A stretch of 36,719 nt of DNA, taken from contig KZ538231.1 in the NCBI GenBank assembly GCA_000934665.2, forward strand, positions 62,001-98,719, in the 5' to 3' direction. The DNA is from Catajapyx aquilonaris (Eukaryota). Of the stretch, positions 1 through 9,101 are shown in pieces. Below the pieces are notes generated by a model. The model ran no database searches. It was not told the origin of the DNA and saw only the letters and a program-made list of their open reading frames with translations. Position 1 is the first letter of the stretch. The number at the start of each line of letters is the position of its first letter. The position numbers and the translations under genes were made by a program.

Positions 1-841
1 GACACCATTCCTTCTGCAGGAAGACTTTCCTAAGCTCATTTTCTTTTGCTGGGTGAGTTCCGAACCTCATCAAATATCGAGCGAGTATTCTTTTTTTTCT
101 TCTTCTTCTCCCAACGTTTCCCTCACTTTTTCCCCCCTCTGTGCTTAATGTGGCTAGGATGATTATATTTTTCCAAGCTGGCTAGCGATAAGCTCATGTA
201 GTCACCTTTTCCGCACCGGTTGGCAACAACATGGGTGGACCCAGCACAACTCTCTACCTACATGTGCTGAAATTTCAATATTACTCGCGATAATTCTTCT
301 GTAATTCCTCCCAAGTGCTAAACACTCCAAATCATGACAGTTTTTCGGTTCTGCACATTCCCCCCACTTTCGAAGTGCTCTCCGGCGACTTCACGGAACT
401 GCGAGCTTCCTATACTCAATTCTGAGATGGTGGGTGGGTTGGGAGGTAAAAAAGAAAGAAAAAAAAATTGTAGAGAAACTCCTAGGGTTCGAATCCATAT
501 AGTTTTGGCCGCAGGATCGGATTTGGATGCAATTTGCATGCTTATGCAAAAATTAGGCCCTCCGCCGTCTCTTTCCTTCGGTGTCCCCTAATCGCAATTT
601 GAATATCGATTTCCAGCTCTTTCCAAAATGAACTTGCCCTTCGTTTTTCTAACCGGCATTTTTTTCCCCCCCTCCCCTGAAGCTTTTTCCTAGGTTGGAA
701 TTGCCACCTGGACCACCTGCCCATACTCACACTGTAACCACCCATATATGACCATGTTGACCCATTGCGATAAATGAAACACACTATAGAACATCCATAC
801 AACAATAGATCAAAAAAGATATGAATTGGCAGTGACTGTAC

Positions 842-1127
842 CTGGCTCTTATCAAGTGTCCGTAGCTCCTGGTCTCGTAACATCTTGCTGAACAGTATCC
901 CTGCCAGACCTCTCTGTGGTCCCCTGGCCAAAGACAGAGCCCGATCTTCAGGGCTCATCTCCTGGTCAGCGACAGTGGTCACTTCCGCCTCCATTTCGGG
1001 CCTTCGTCTTGTAAGAAAGGTTCCTAGAAGCTCGATTTTTGGCAGTAGAACACCCACTACCAACACCAAGCTCACGACCAGCAGGTGGAGCCCATCATGC
1101 ATCGCATGTAGACCACATTGTATGTGC
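842..1127 (-). other. Candidate spliced exon (286 nt, open in one frame), product unknown
   Basis: Minus strand shows a polypyrimidine tract then ...CACTAAATATGCAG|G acceptor (AG at 1129-1128) and a CAG|GTACAG donor (GT at 841-840). It is GC-richer than its flanks. One frame is open throughout: HIQCGLHAMHDGLHLLVVSLVLVVGVLLPK...RDQELRTLDKSQ. No recognised homology. Confidence 0.35.
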
Positions 1128-2185
1128 CTGCATATTTAGTGTCGTAAAAAAAAAAAAGAGAGAAATGTCGTGTGTTTTGTGTTGTGAGTAGGAGGAAGGA
1201 GTTATGATTACAACACATGCTTAAATTGCAATATAAAAGGTACAACAAAGAACAAACAATATCTACCAGGATGTTGACTAACATGTCAGCAGCACACACT
1301 TCGTACAATGAAAGTGGGCTATTGTCTGGGGAGTCACATACATTAAAATACATTATAGCTGGTAGACAATAGCGCTACTAATTAAGGCAATGTACCAAAA
1401 GTGCAAGGTTTTCCTGGCACAGCAGTATGTGCACGAACATCCCTTCCCCTTTTCATGTCCCCAACGCACAAAATCACACAAATTCTTTCACCTATTGCTC
1501 ACATCCCACACTTTCCGTCAATTGGGGTAAAAATTTCAGATAATTCCTCACATCATTAAAACATTCACTTTGCAATATACTCTCATCACAATCCCAACAC
1601 TGAAATTGAGAGCAATATGCATATGGACTATGTTCTATGTAGCAATAAAACTCAATGGTCTTGTGTTAGCTACACTTTGAGTGAACCACACACATCCCCT
1701 TGCCCATGATGATAAGGCATGACTGAATGAGCAAACAAAATTTAATGTTGACTTGTTAAAACTTATCTTGCACGATGATGCTGTACATATGACCTACAAG
1801 GTATTCAAGTGCCCAAGCTGGGGCCAAACCACATTTTCTTGAGTATGCAAGTGACCTTGTAAAATATTGATGATGGCCATAAAATGTGGGTTTATTGTTC
1901 CTATAAGAAAGTATAAGTGCAGGTGGAATCGGTATTTGGGCCGTAGTGTGACTGTGCTTACTTGCTAAGTGTAAGTTGTATTAACATTTTAATATTAATA
2001 TTAGTATTGTATTGTGCACTATTCAGTATTGTATTACCGGTACTTGATTTACATTGAAAAGGGCATATCTCCTGTCATATTTTCTAATCAGTGTTGTTTA
2101 AATGCATGTGTTTCTTCAATATTATGTTAGATTAGTAGCAGAGAGGTGCCAATGACTTATATGCAATATAAGATAATAAGGTACA

Positions 2186-2359
2186 CAGTAAAACCTCAAT
2201 ATAATGCTCTCGCATATAACGCTTTCCCGCTTTTAATGCTCCTTTTTTCGGGTCCCTTGATAATTTTCATAAGGTAAATTTTCCTGCATATAACGCTATC
2301 CCACTTATAACACTACTTTTGAGCGGTCCCTTGAAGAGCGTTGTATCGAGGTTTTACTG
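2186..2359. mobile_element. pogo/Tigger-like (Tc1/mariner) MITE, 174 bp
   Basis: 25-bp TIRs CAGTAAAACCTCAATATAATGCTCT / AGAGCGTTGTATCGAGGTTTTACTG (3 mismatches). TA on the right flank, CA on the left. Internal ATATAACGCT repeats. Confidence 0.9.
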
Positions 2360-3093
2360 TATTAGGTTATATGCAAAAGAACTGGATCATCCAACTACCC
2401 TCTTCACAGGATATTTGCGCACAAACATCATTGTTGAACAGTATCAAGCCTGCCCATGAACCCGAATTCCTACTCATATGTAATAATTGCAGATAACTTA
2501 TACCTCATGTATAATCATAAAATGAATAATCAATAAATACTATCACTAATAAATAAATTTGCTGTGCAATAGCACTCTAACTTACAATTCAAAGTGGCAT
2601 TTATTACCACTGGAATATTACAACACCCTCCTTACAATGATTTAACGACATGCATGAAATGCTCTACTTTGCTGACAGAACACCCTTTACACACTGGCAC
2701 CTGCAACACCTGATCCACCCTCACCTCACCACCTGTACACACACTACAGTATCCCAAATTTAAAATAATAATAAGTATTTATGGAGAGGTAATAAAAGAC
2801 ACTCCAACTTAAAAGTTAGTGACACTTTCTATCTAGAATTTTTAAGACATAATTAAACCCCTGCCTACACGAAATGTTTATTGCATTTTTCTAAGTATGT
2901 TCTTACTTGATTATCTTGTCATGTTGACAGACATGCTCTGCAAATTACAGTACCTACAATACATAGTTAATTCATTCATCCAATTCATTAATTTCTTCAT
3001 GGCACATTGGGATTTCCCAAACAGGGTTGCCAATGATGGGTCGGTGAACACAACACTATGCCATCCCATGTGACCAACACATAATTATGAATC

Positions 3094-3578
3094 CTAGGGG
3101 TCGAAATATTTGGATGCAAAGGTGCAATTTGCACTCATCGGCACTCCAAACTGAGACTTGGAGTTCAACGTTTGCCCTCCACTCTCTAAAGATTTTTGAG
3201 TGAAAATTTCACTCAAAAAATTAGCACTTTCGAAAAATGCTATTTTTGCGTGAATTTCCCTTGGCAAAGATTTACTTTAACTCAAATTGAGTGGAATATT
3301 ACTTGACAGAAGAGTTAGAATAAGTGAAAGACTACTCTTTCAGTGATTGACGTAATTACTCATTCTGAGTGAAAATCACTTATGAGATAGTGATTTTCAC
3401 TCAAAACGCGTGGAAAAATACTCGAAATTTCTTAGAGTGCACAGTTAGTCCTGCTTTTAAACATTGATACACCCAGTAATTAAAAATTACACACTACATG
3501 TAAGTAATTTGCACTCCACATGAAAGTTTGGAGTGCCAACTTTGCACATGGACAAAAAATTTAAGATTCGACCCCTAG
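3094..3578. mobile_element. Non-autonomous DNA transposon with CTAGGGGTCGAA TIRs, superfamily uncertain; carries a nested MITE
   Basis: CTAGGGGTCGAA at 3094 and TTCGACCCCTAG ending 3578. Subterminal inverted GGCACTCCAAACT / AGTTTGGAGTGCC. Flanks AATC/ACTC may be a 4-bp TSD with 1 mismatch. Confidence 0.75.
3180..3439. mobile_element. CACTCT...AGAGTG MITE (CMC/EnSpm-like termini), copy 1, nested
   Basis: Termini CACTCTCTAAAGATTTTTGAGT / ACTCGAAATTTCTTAGAGTG. Many internal GAGTGAAAA/TTTCACTC motifs. An inverted homologous copy lies at 32825-33075. Confidence 0.85.
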
Positions 3579-3919
3579 ACTCCTCTGGTGCCACTGCCAG
3601 GTCAGGTATCTATAACACAAGAGGAACAATACCTCCTCGACATACACTCTAATGATTGCCAGACATGTGCCCAATATGATAGTTAGCAAAGCTATCGTAT
3701 GAGTAATCTTGGGAACTTTCAGAAAGAATAGTAATTGAATAAGTTACACACTTATGTGAACTACTTATTTCTTCTTGGTATCAACTGCACAATAAGTCCC
3801 CGCAGTTTCTTCTGTTATTGTTCATGTACAGGAAGTACTTGCTTTACGCCGTTAATTGGTTCCTGCAAAACGCGGCGTAAAGTGAATAAGCATAAAACTA
3901 AACAAAATTATAGTGTAAG

Positions 3920-4485
3920 TAGTAAAACTTCTATAAGTCGAACTTCCGTAAGTCGAAGTTCTCTATAAGTCGAAGAAAATCGTGAGCTTGGTTGGTCACA
4001 ATGTAAAATAATAGGAAATAAACTTCCCTAACTCGAATTTCTATAACTCGAAGTGCTGGCAGGGACTTACGATGAGATTTCAATGCATTTTCAGTCTCCC
4101 TAAGTCGAAGTTCATGTTGGTGAATACGGAAAATTTTCTTATTTCCTAGCCGAAGGGTCGAGAGGAGGCCGCATGTACAGAAAGGCTCAATTTCCTGATC
4201 TCCGTCTACCAGACGTACCGAAAGAAGTGTTTGACCCGATTGTGACAACTGAATCCTTGAATCTAAGTAGGCAAAATGTCCATAATGGAGATTTTTTTAA
4301 AACAAAACAATAAGGAACATGTGATAGTGACAGTTATTTTTAAGTATTGAACACCTTTCGTCGCTGGATGTAAAGGTAGCCTTATTCCTCATAGAGTTCT
4401 GTGCTCAAAAATTCCAAACTTCCCTAACTCGAACCTTAAGTTTCTTTCCTGTCCCATGGAGATTCGACTTATAGAAGTTTTACTG
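3920..4485. mobile_element. pogo/Tigger-like non-autonomous element, about 566 bp
   Basis: 23-bp TIR (T/C)AGTAAAACTTCTATAAGTCGAA / TTCGACTTATAGAAGTTTTACTG followed by TA. Tandem subterminal TAAGTCGAA/TAACTCGAA repeats. Confidence 0.9.
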
Positions 4486-4804
4486 TAAATGAGATAGGTT
4501 CCAAAATTTCACAAAAAAATATACAGGCAGTACTAATATTGCTGTTTTTAATGCTACAAAATATTTGAAACATTGATTATGGGAGGTTCCAGGTTGAGGG
4601 CCATCGGGTTCTGAGGGCTCCTTTCCTTATTTTAGTAAAAACTGCAGTACACATTGGGTATTTAACAATGGTTAGAGTACTTCAGGGAGTGCTGATACCA
4701 ACAATACGGTACTGCGTATATCCATAGAACCTGCCACAAGGCACCAGGAAAAACCAAAGAAGAGGCTTTATGGTTGTGTTTGGCCTCAGAAGTGATGCAG
4801 TGAT

Positions 4805-5025
4805 GTGTTTATGTGTAGATTGTGCCATCTTCAAATGTGTCAAAAAATTTAGATAAAAAAATTTCAAATTGAATTTTAAAACTGCCGTTAATATGAAACG
4901 GCATAAAATGGAGCGGCATAACTTTTCAGATGGTGATGATTGGAACATCTATTCCTCCAAGCATTCGTTCTGTTGATCAACATTGATGCATGGCATTACT
5001 TTGCTACCAAAACCCCCCAAGTTCA
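4805..5025 (+). pseudogene. Disrupted C2H2 zinc-finger coding fragment, possibly a transposase N-terminal remnant
   Basis: VFMCRLCHL (4805-4830) plus NFKTAVNMKRHKMERH (4872-4919) gives an exact C-x2-C-x12-H-x4-H once a 40-bp AT-rich insert (4831-4870) is removed. Frameshifted, stop-containing coding-like sequence follows. Confidence 0.6.
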
Positions 5026-5389
5026 TAATTTACATGCGTATCAGTTCCAATATTAAGGATTAATCATTAGACTACAGGGTATATCACCCATCACAGCTGC
5101 TAAGCATGGTGTTCTATGCTGGATATGTGCTACACATGCATGATAAAATAATCATAAGTTAATTGCTCCCACTTTCTGCAACTGTTCCTCATAAATGATG
5201 CACAGTATTTTGCTCTCCCATTAGAATAGGCTATGGAATCACATTACCTGAAGAACTATTGACCAACCCCCACACATAATATCCTTCATATTAATGTATA
5301 ATAATAATAATAAGTATGGGTGGAGTAGGTTTCAGCATGAAGGGACTCCTCAATAAAATCTAATGGTTACAATATATTGTCAGATTATA

Positions 5390-5820
5390 CAAGGTGAAGG
5401 GAAACTCACTGACAATCGCCAGGTAAACTTATAGTACTGTACTAGCAAAACAAATATACAGATGTGCAATTAGTTTTTGACTACGTTGCGTAGTTAATGC
5501 ATACGGTGCCTTTAAAGTGTAGAAGTCCGGATGGTCAAATACGAGGTAAAAACGACAAACTCAGATTCTTACTCTGATGGGATTTGATAGCCTATTGCAC
5601 ATGGACGATGTATTAGGGGACCAAGGCAAGGGACTGGAGGACCTTGAGCTGATGTTTGCTTCTTTGAAGCAGCCGGAACGGATGTGACGTCACGAAACTT
5701 TGACAGCGTCGTACGCATTAACTATGGGAAGGAGCCCAAAACTAATTGCACATCCCTATATTAGTTTTTCGAGTACTATCAGTTTACCTGGCAATTATCC
5801 ACGAGTTTCCCTTCACCCTG
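5390..5820. mobile_element. Tc1/mariner-type MITE with long (about 125 bp) TIRs
   Basis: TA-CAAGGTGAAGGGAAACTC... and ...GAGTTTCCCTTCACCCTG-TA. The inverted match continues through GCCAGGTAAACT, GATGTGCAATTAGTTTT and TAGTTAATGC. TA TSD on both sides. Confidence 0.92.
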
Positions 5821-5924
5821 TATTATTCCTGTTGGGTTTCACCTATTAGCCATGTATGTAGGTCCTTAACATTGCATTGCAGTGGTACATAGTGATGGCT
5901 CCATATGCCAGTTGATTACCACAT

Positions 5925-6265
5925 TTTTTTTTTTCTATTACCCCATTATAACCCGATAAGGGTCTGTAGGGGGGTGGATTACCACCATTTAGAACTATTT
6001 TCCTTTTTACTTCAATCTCCGTGCAAGGACTTCGGGATGTGAGGTAGGGATAGGGATTGTTAGGGAGGGGACACCTGTGCAGGTGCAATGTCGGATGTTG
6101 GGACATGTGCAGTCCCCCAGGAGGTTAGGTTGCCAGACACCTCCAAGGTGCGGGTCAGAGACCCTCGTGATGCAGGCAAAAGACAACTCCCAGACGGGGA
6201 TCGAACCTGGGACCTTTCACTCAGAAAGCCGAGACGTTACCATCTCGGCCACCACACCTCCCCTC
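5925..6265 (-). mobile_element. Full-length tRNA-derived SINE, about 340 bp
   Basis: Minus-strand head GGGAGGTGTGGTGGCCGAGATGGTAACG... has A-box TGGCCGAGATGG and B-box GGTTCGATCCC. Poly(A) tail is the T run at about 5925-5934. 11-bp TSD GATTACCACAT at 5914-5924 and 6266-6276. Confidence 0.92.
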
Positions 6266-6280
6266 GATTACCACATATGG

Positions 6281-6481
6281 CAGTGGTTTCCAACCTTTTA
6301 CCACCTGCGACCCCGTAAACATGTTTCCATAAATGTGCGACCCCCCCTTCCTCCCCTCCCCCCTTTCCAGAAATCATACACTCTGTATGGCCGCAAAAAT
6401 GGTTCAATTGACACAAAAATTGCAAAAAAAAAAAAAAAAAGGTTTAACCAAGGCTCGTGACCCCCCGGTTGGAAACCACTG
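6281..6481. mobile_element. hAT (Charlie-like) MITE, 201 bp
   Basis: Perfect 15-bp TIR CAGTGGTTTCCAACC / GGTTGGAAACCACTG. Perfect 8-bp TSD ACATATGG at 6273-6280 and 6482-6489. Confidence 0.95.
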
Positions 6482-7058
6482 ACATATGGTGTAGTACAAT
6501 ACTCTCAAAGAGCTGTCCATTAGTCTGACACTCTCACCTTTTAAGTGGATCTTAATAATCTACAATATAAAAAATAATTTTATATGCCTACTTTTTACTT
6601 GTGTATGTCACACTTGACGCATCTGAAGGTAGTTCTTATATTATATATGCCCATAATACCAATCAATGCATGTTACCATAATAATACTGTACACGCCTAT
6701 AAAAGGTAGTGGAAACTGATTCACTGCATAATTTTTCTCAGTTCCTAGGAATGGGTTTTCATGTGTTATTGTCGCATACGGTAGAAGCTTGTTCCTTACA
6801 ACAACAAAAAAATTCCATGAAATGAAGTGATTATATAGTATAATAAATGTAAATTAGATGCAGACCACTTTCCTAAACAGAATTCCACAACATAAAGCTT
6901 CACTATAATATAGTCAAAATAAAGGCTTTACTATATACTGCATGAATCGATGCTCGAATGAATGCCTAATATGTGATTGTAAGGAAGTTTATGTAAGAGA
7001 CGTGACTTGATATTTTATTTTTTTACTTTGCTGTTGCTTTGGATTTACTTGAATTCAG

Positions 7059-7342
7059 GAGATGAATCGTATGTTTCCCGAGTTGGGAACAGCGTCAGTG
7101 ATATTCAGATTTCTGACACTCTGCCACGTCAGTCTTCGCATCAGTGCAATAGTAACAACTTCCAACCTCCAGTTTTACATAGCATTGATTTTAAATCAAT
7201 GTTAAAACCTACTCTACTCCTTGAAGCAAGTACTGATAAGAGTGGAGAAAAATATACTGGATGGGTCTATTTCTTATACAACACAAGAGGCAGGAGAATT
7301 ATTATCAGACAAATAATGTATCTTCGTCCCACCACTGCATAG
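7059..7342 (+). other. Exon-like open segment (Ser-rich linker-like peptide), probable gene or TE remnant
   Basis: A long T-rich tract ends in TTGAATTCAG|G acceptor at 7058. The frame reads GDESYVSRVGNSVSDIQISDTLPRQSSHQCNSNNFQPP... to a stop at 7342. No strong donor seen. Confidence 0.3.
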
Positions 7343-7989
7343 ACTGCCAACTCACTGTCCTAATGTCATATATAAGACTTGAAAATATTGTCAAATGCAG
7401 CATATAATATTGAAAGTGTGACACATAGTTGTAATCTTATATCTTTGTGTAAAGTGCTTGTCAATTATATCCAGGCATCATACATATAGTAGGGGAAGTC
7501 CAAGGCTGATTTTTATACAAAATACTGTTTAACACTGGCTCATCTGGTATTTCTTTGGTCTTTGCACATTATTAAGACATGTGGGAGAACATGACTTTTG
7601 TCATAAACAGTCATGTACAAGATTTAAAAGGTGCGGTATGAGTTAACGCTCAAAATAAAATGAGTCGTGTATTGCAAACGTAATAACCAAGATTTTTTTG
7701 TATGTTCTTGCATCATTTCTTTCTAATATTATATTTTTTGGAAGACCCTTATTTAAAAAACACAAAACACTCCTGGTTACACATATAAATTCACTGAGTA
7801 ATAACCAAGCTGCAGAACCAGCTTGCGACGCACATGCATATGACATCTTCAATGTTGACAACTCATGCCAGGTGTAGGTGAGTAGCAACACATGCCCAGG
7901 CCATAACTACAGTTGGCAAGCGTACTGGTCACTTGCAGTGTACTCCCATGCGTGTACATTATGCCCAGACAAAGCGCATGAGGAATTGC

Positions 7990-8450
7990 ATCCCTGCGTC
8001 CTGCGCACAGCGAGCGCAACGGTCTGCGGCCACCCAGCCTGCCCCTGCCCCCCGCCGCCCCAGTGCCCCCCTGCCCTCTGCCCGCCCCTGGTGCCTGCCC
8101 GCCCCTTCCCTTCTCCCTCCAAATGCCCCCATCACCTGATCATTCCCTTCGATTCAGACTAGGCCTAGCGCATATGTCCCCCTATTCCGACCCCTTCCCG
8201 ACCCGCGACCCGACCCGAAGTGCGTCGGCGGGGTCCTACCTGGCGTTCTTCCGGCCCCGGTGCTGGCCCCTGGGCTGTGCTCCGGCTGTGGGCGGCTGGA
8301 GAGGCGAGGGTTTATAGAGGCAGGGTATTTCCCCAGAACCGGCCACAGGAGCGCGCCATCTTGGAGCTGCAGTGGCGACATCTGCACACGGGTGGTGGGA
8401 AGCTCTGGCCTTCGATCCAAGCTGTGGGAATCAACCGCCACTCTTTCAAA
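7990..8450 (-). promoter_or_regulatory. CpG island with candidate Pol II promoter and short first exon (about 8287-8240)
   Basis: Sharp GC/CpG-rich island in an AT-rich background. Minus-strand TATAAA at 8316-8311, with a CA initiator-like site about 29 nt downstream (8287). CAG|GTAGGA donor after 8240. YY1-type CGCCATCTT at 8354-8362 and GC boxes at 8040-8105. Confidence 0.55.
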
Positions 8451-8828
8451 CTCTCTGGGATATAAACATGGGATAAGGGCTATGTAGGTAAACCTCAACA
8501 TATATCATTAATATATTACTATGAAATAAAAATATATATAAACAAAGGTTTAAAACTGAATGTGTCATGAAATGTATAAAATTGAATATGCTGCACAATA
8601 AAACGTGTCAAATAAGATTATTGTAATGTACACAAAATAAGTAAATATGTAAATTAATTAATAAATTGCCCATCTGGTAGTTCATGCACTGTCTATGCTA
8701 GATATATGTGAATTGCTATTTTAAAAATGAAGAAGTGGCTCATTCAAAAATTGTAATAATGGTAATAGTTTTTACTAGATGGGTAATAAGAAGAAGGGAA
8801 GGATAGCCACTGCCCTCCTTTTCAAGTG

Positions 8829-9101
8829 AGGTCCTTCACTCCAGTTTTAACGCACGTCCACTGGCATATGGCGCCTTATGCACACTATACACACTATACA
8901 CACAAAATTGTAGGTGAAAAACAGTGCAAAAAAATATTCAAAAACTCAAATTTTAATTTGACCAAACCTGCTGCGAAACGGCTAAATGCGTGCGGAAGTG
9001 AGAAAAAAATTACCAAGTTGTATTACTTTCACACTTTTTTCACGATTATTATTAATAAAGAACCATCCAAACCTACACCGTTATAAGTGGAGAAAGGGCC
9101 T
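8829..9101. mobile_element. PIF/Harbinger-like MITE, about 273 bp
   Basis: Imperfect TIRs: AGGTCCTTCACTCCAGTTTTAACG versus the reverse complement of the right end, AGGCCCTTTCTCCACTTATAACG. 3-bp flanks GTG/GCG. Confidence 0.6.

Noticed and set aside
3931..4050. CRISPR-like repeated TAAGTCGAA units
   Set aside because: The units are too short and irregularly spaced. They are subterminal repeats of the Tigger-like element.
6185..6265. tRNA gene on the minus strand
   Set aside because: A and B boxes are present, but the sequence continues into a ~260-bp body with a poly(A) tail and TSD, so it is a SINE head.
7740..7883. Further plus-strand exon ending at CAG|GTGTAG or TAG|GTGAGT
   Set aside because: No clear acceptor and no recognisable peptide.
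8452..8482. Possible TAG-type (Academ-like) terminus next to the CpG island
   Set aside because: No matching opposite terminus or TSD was found in the window.
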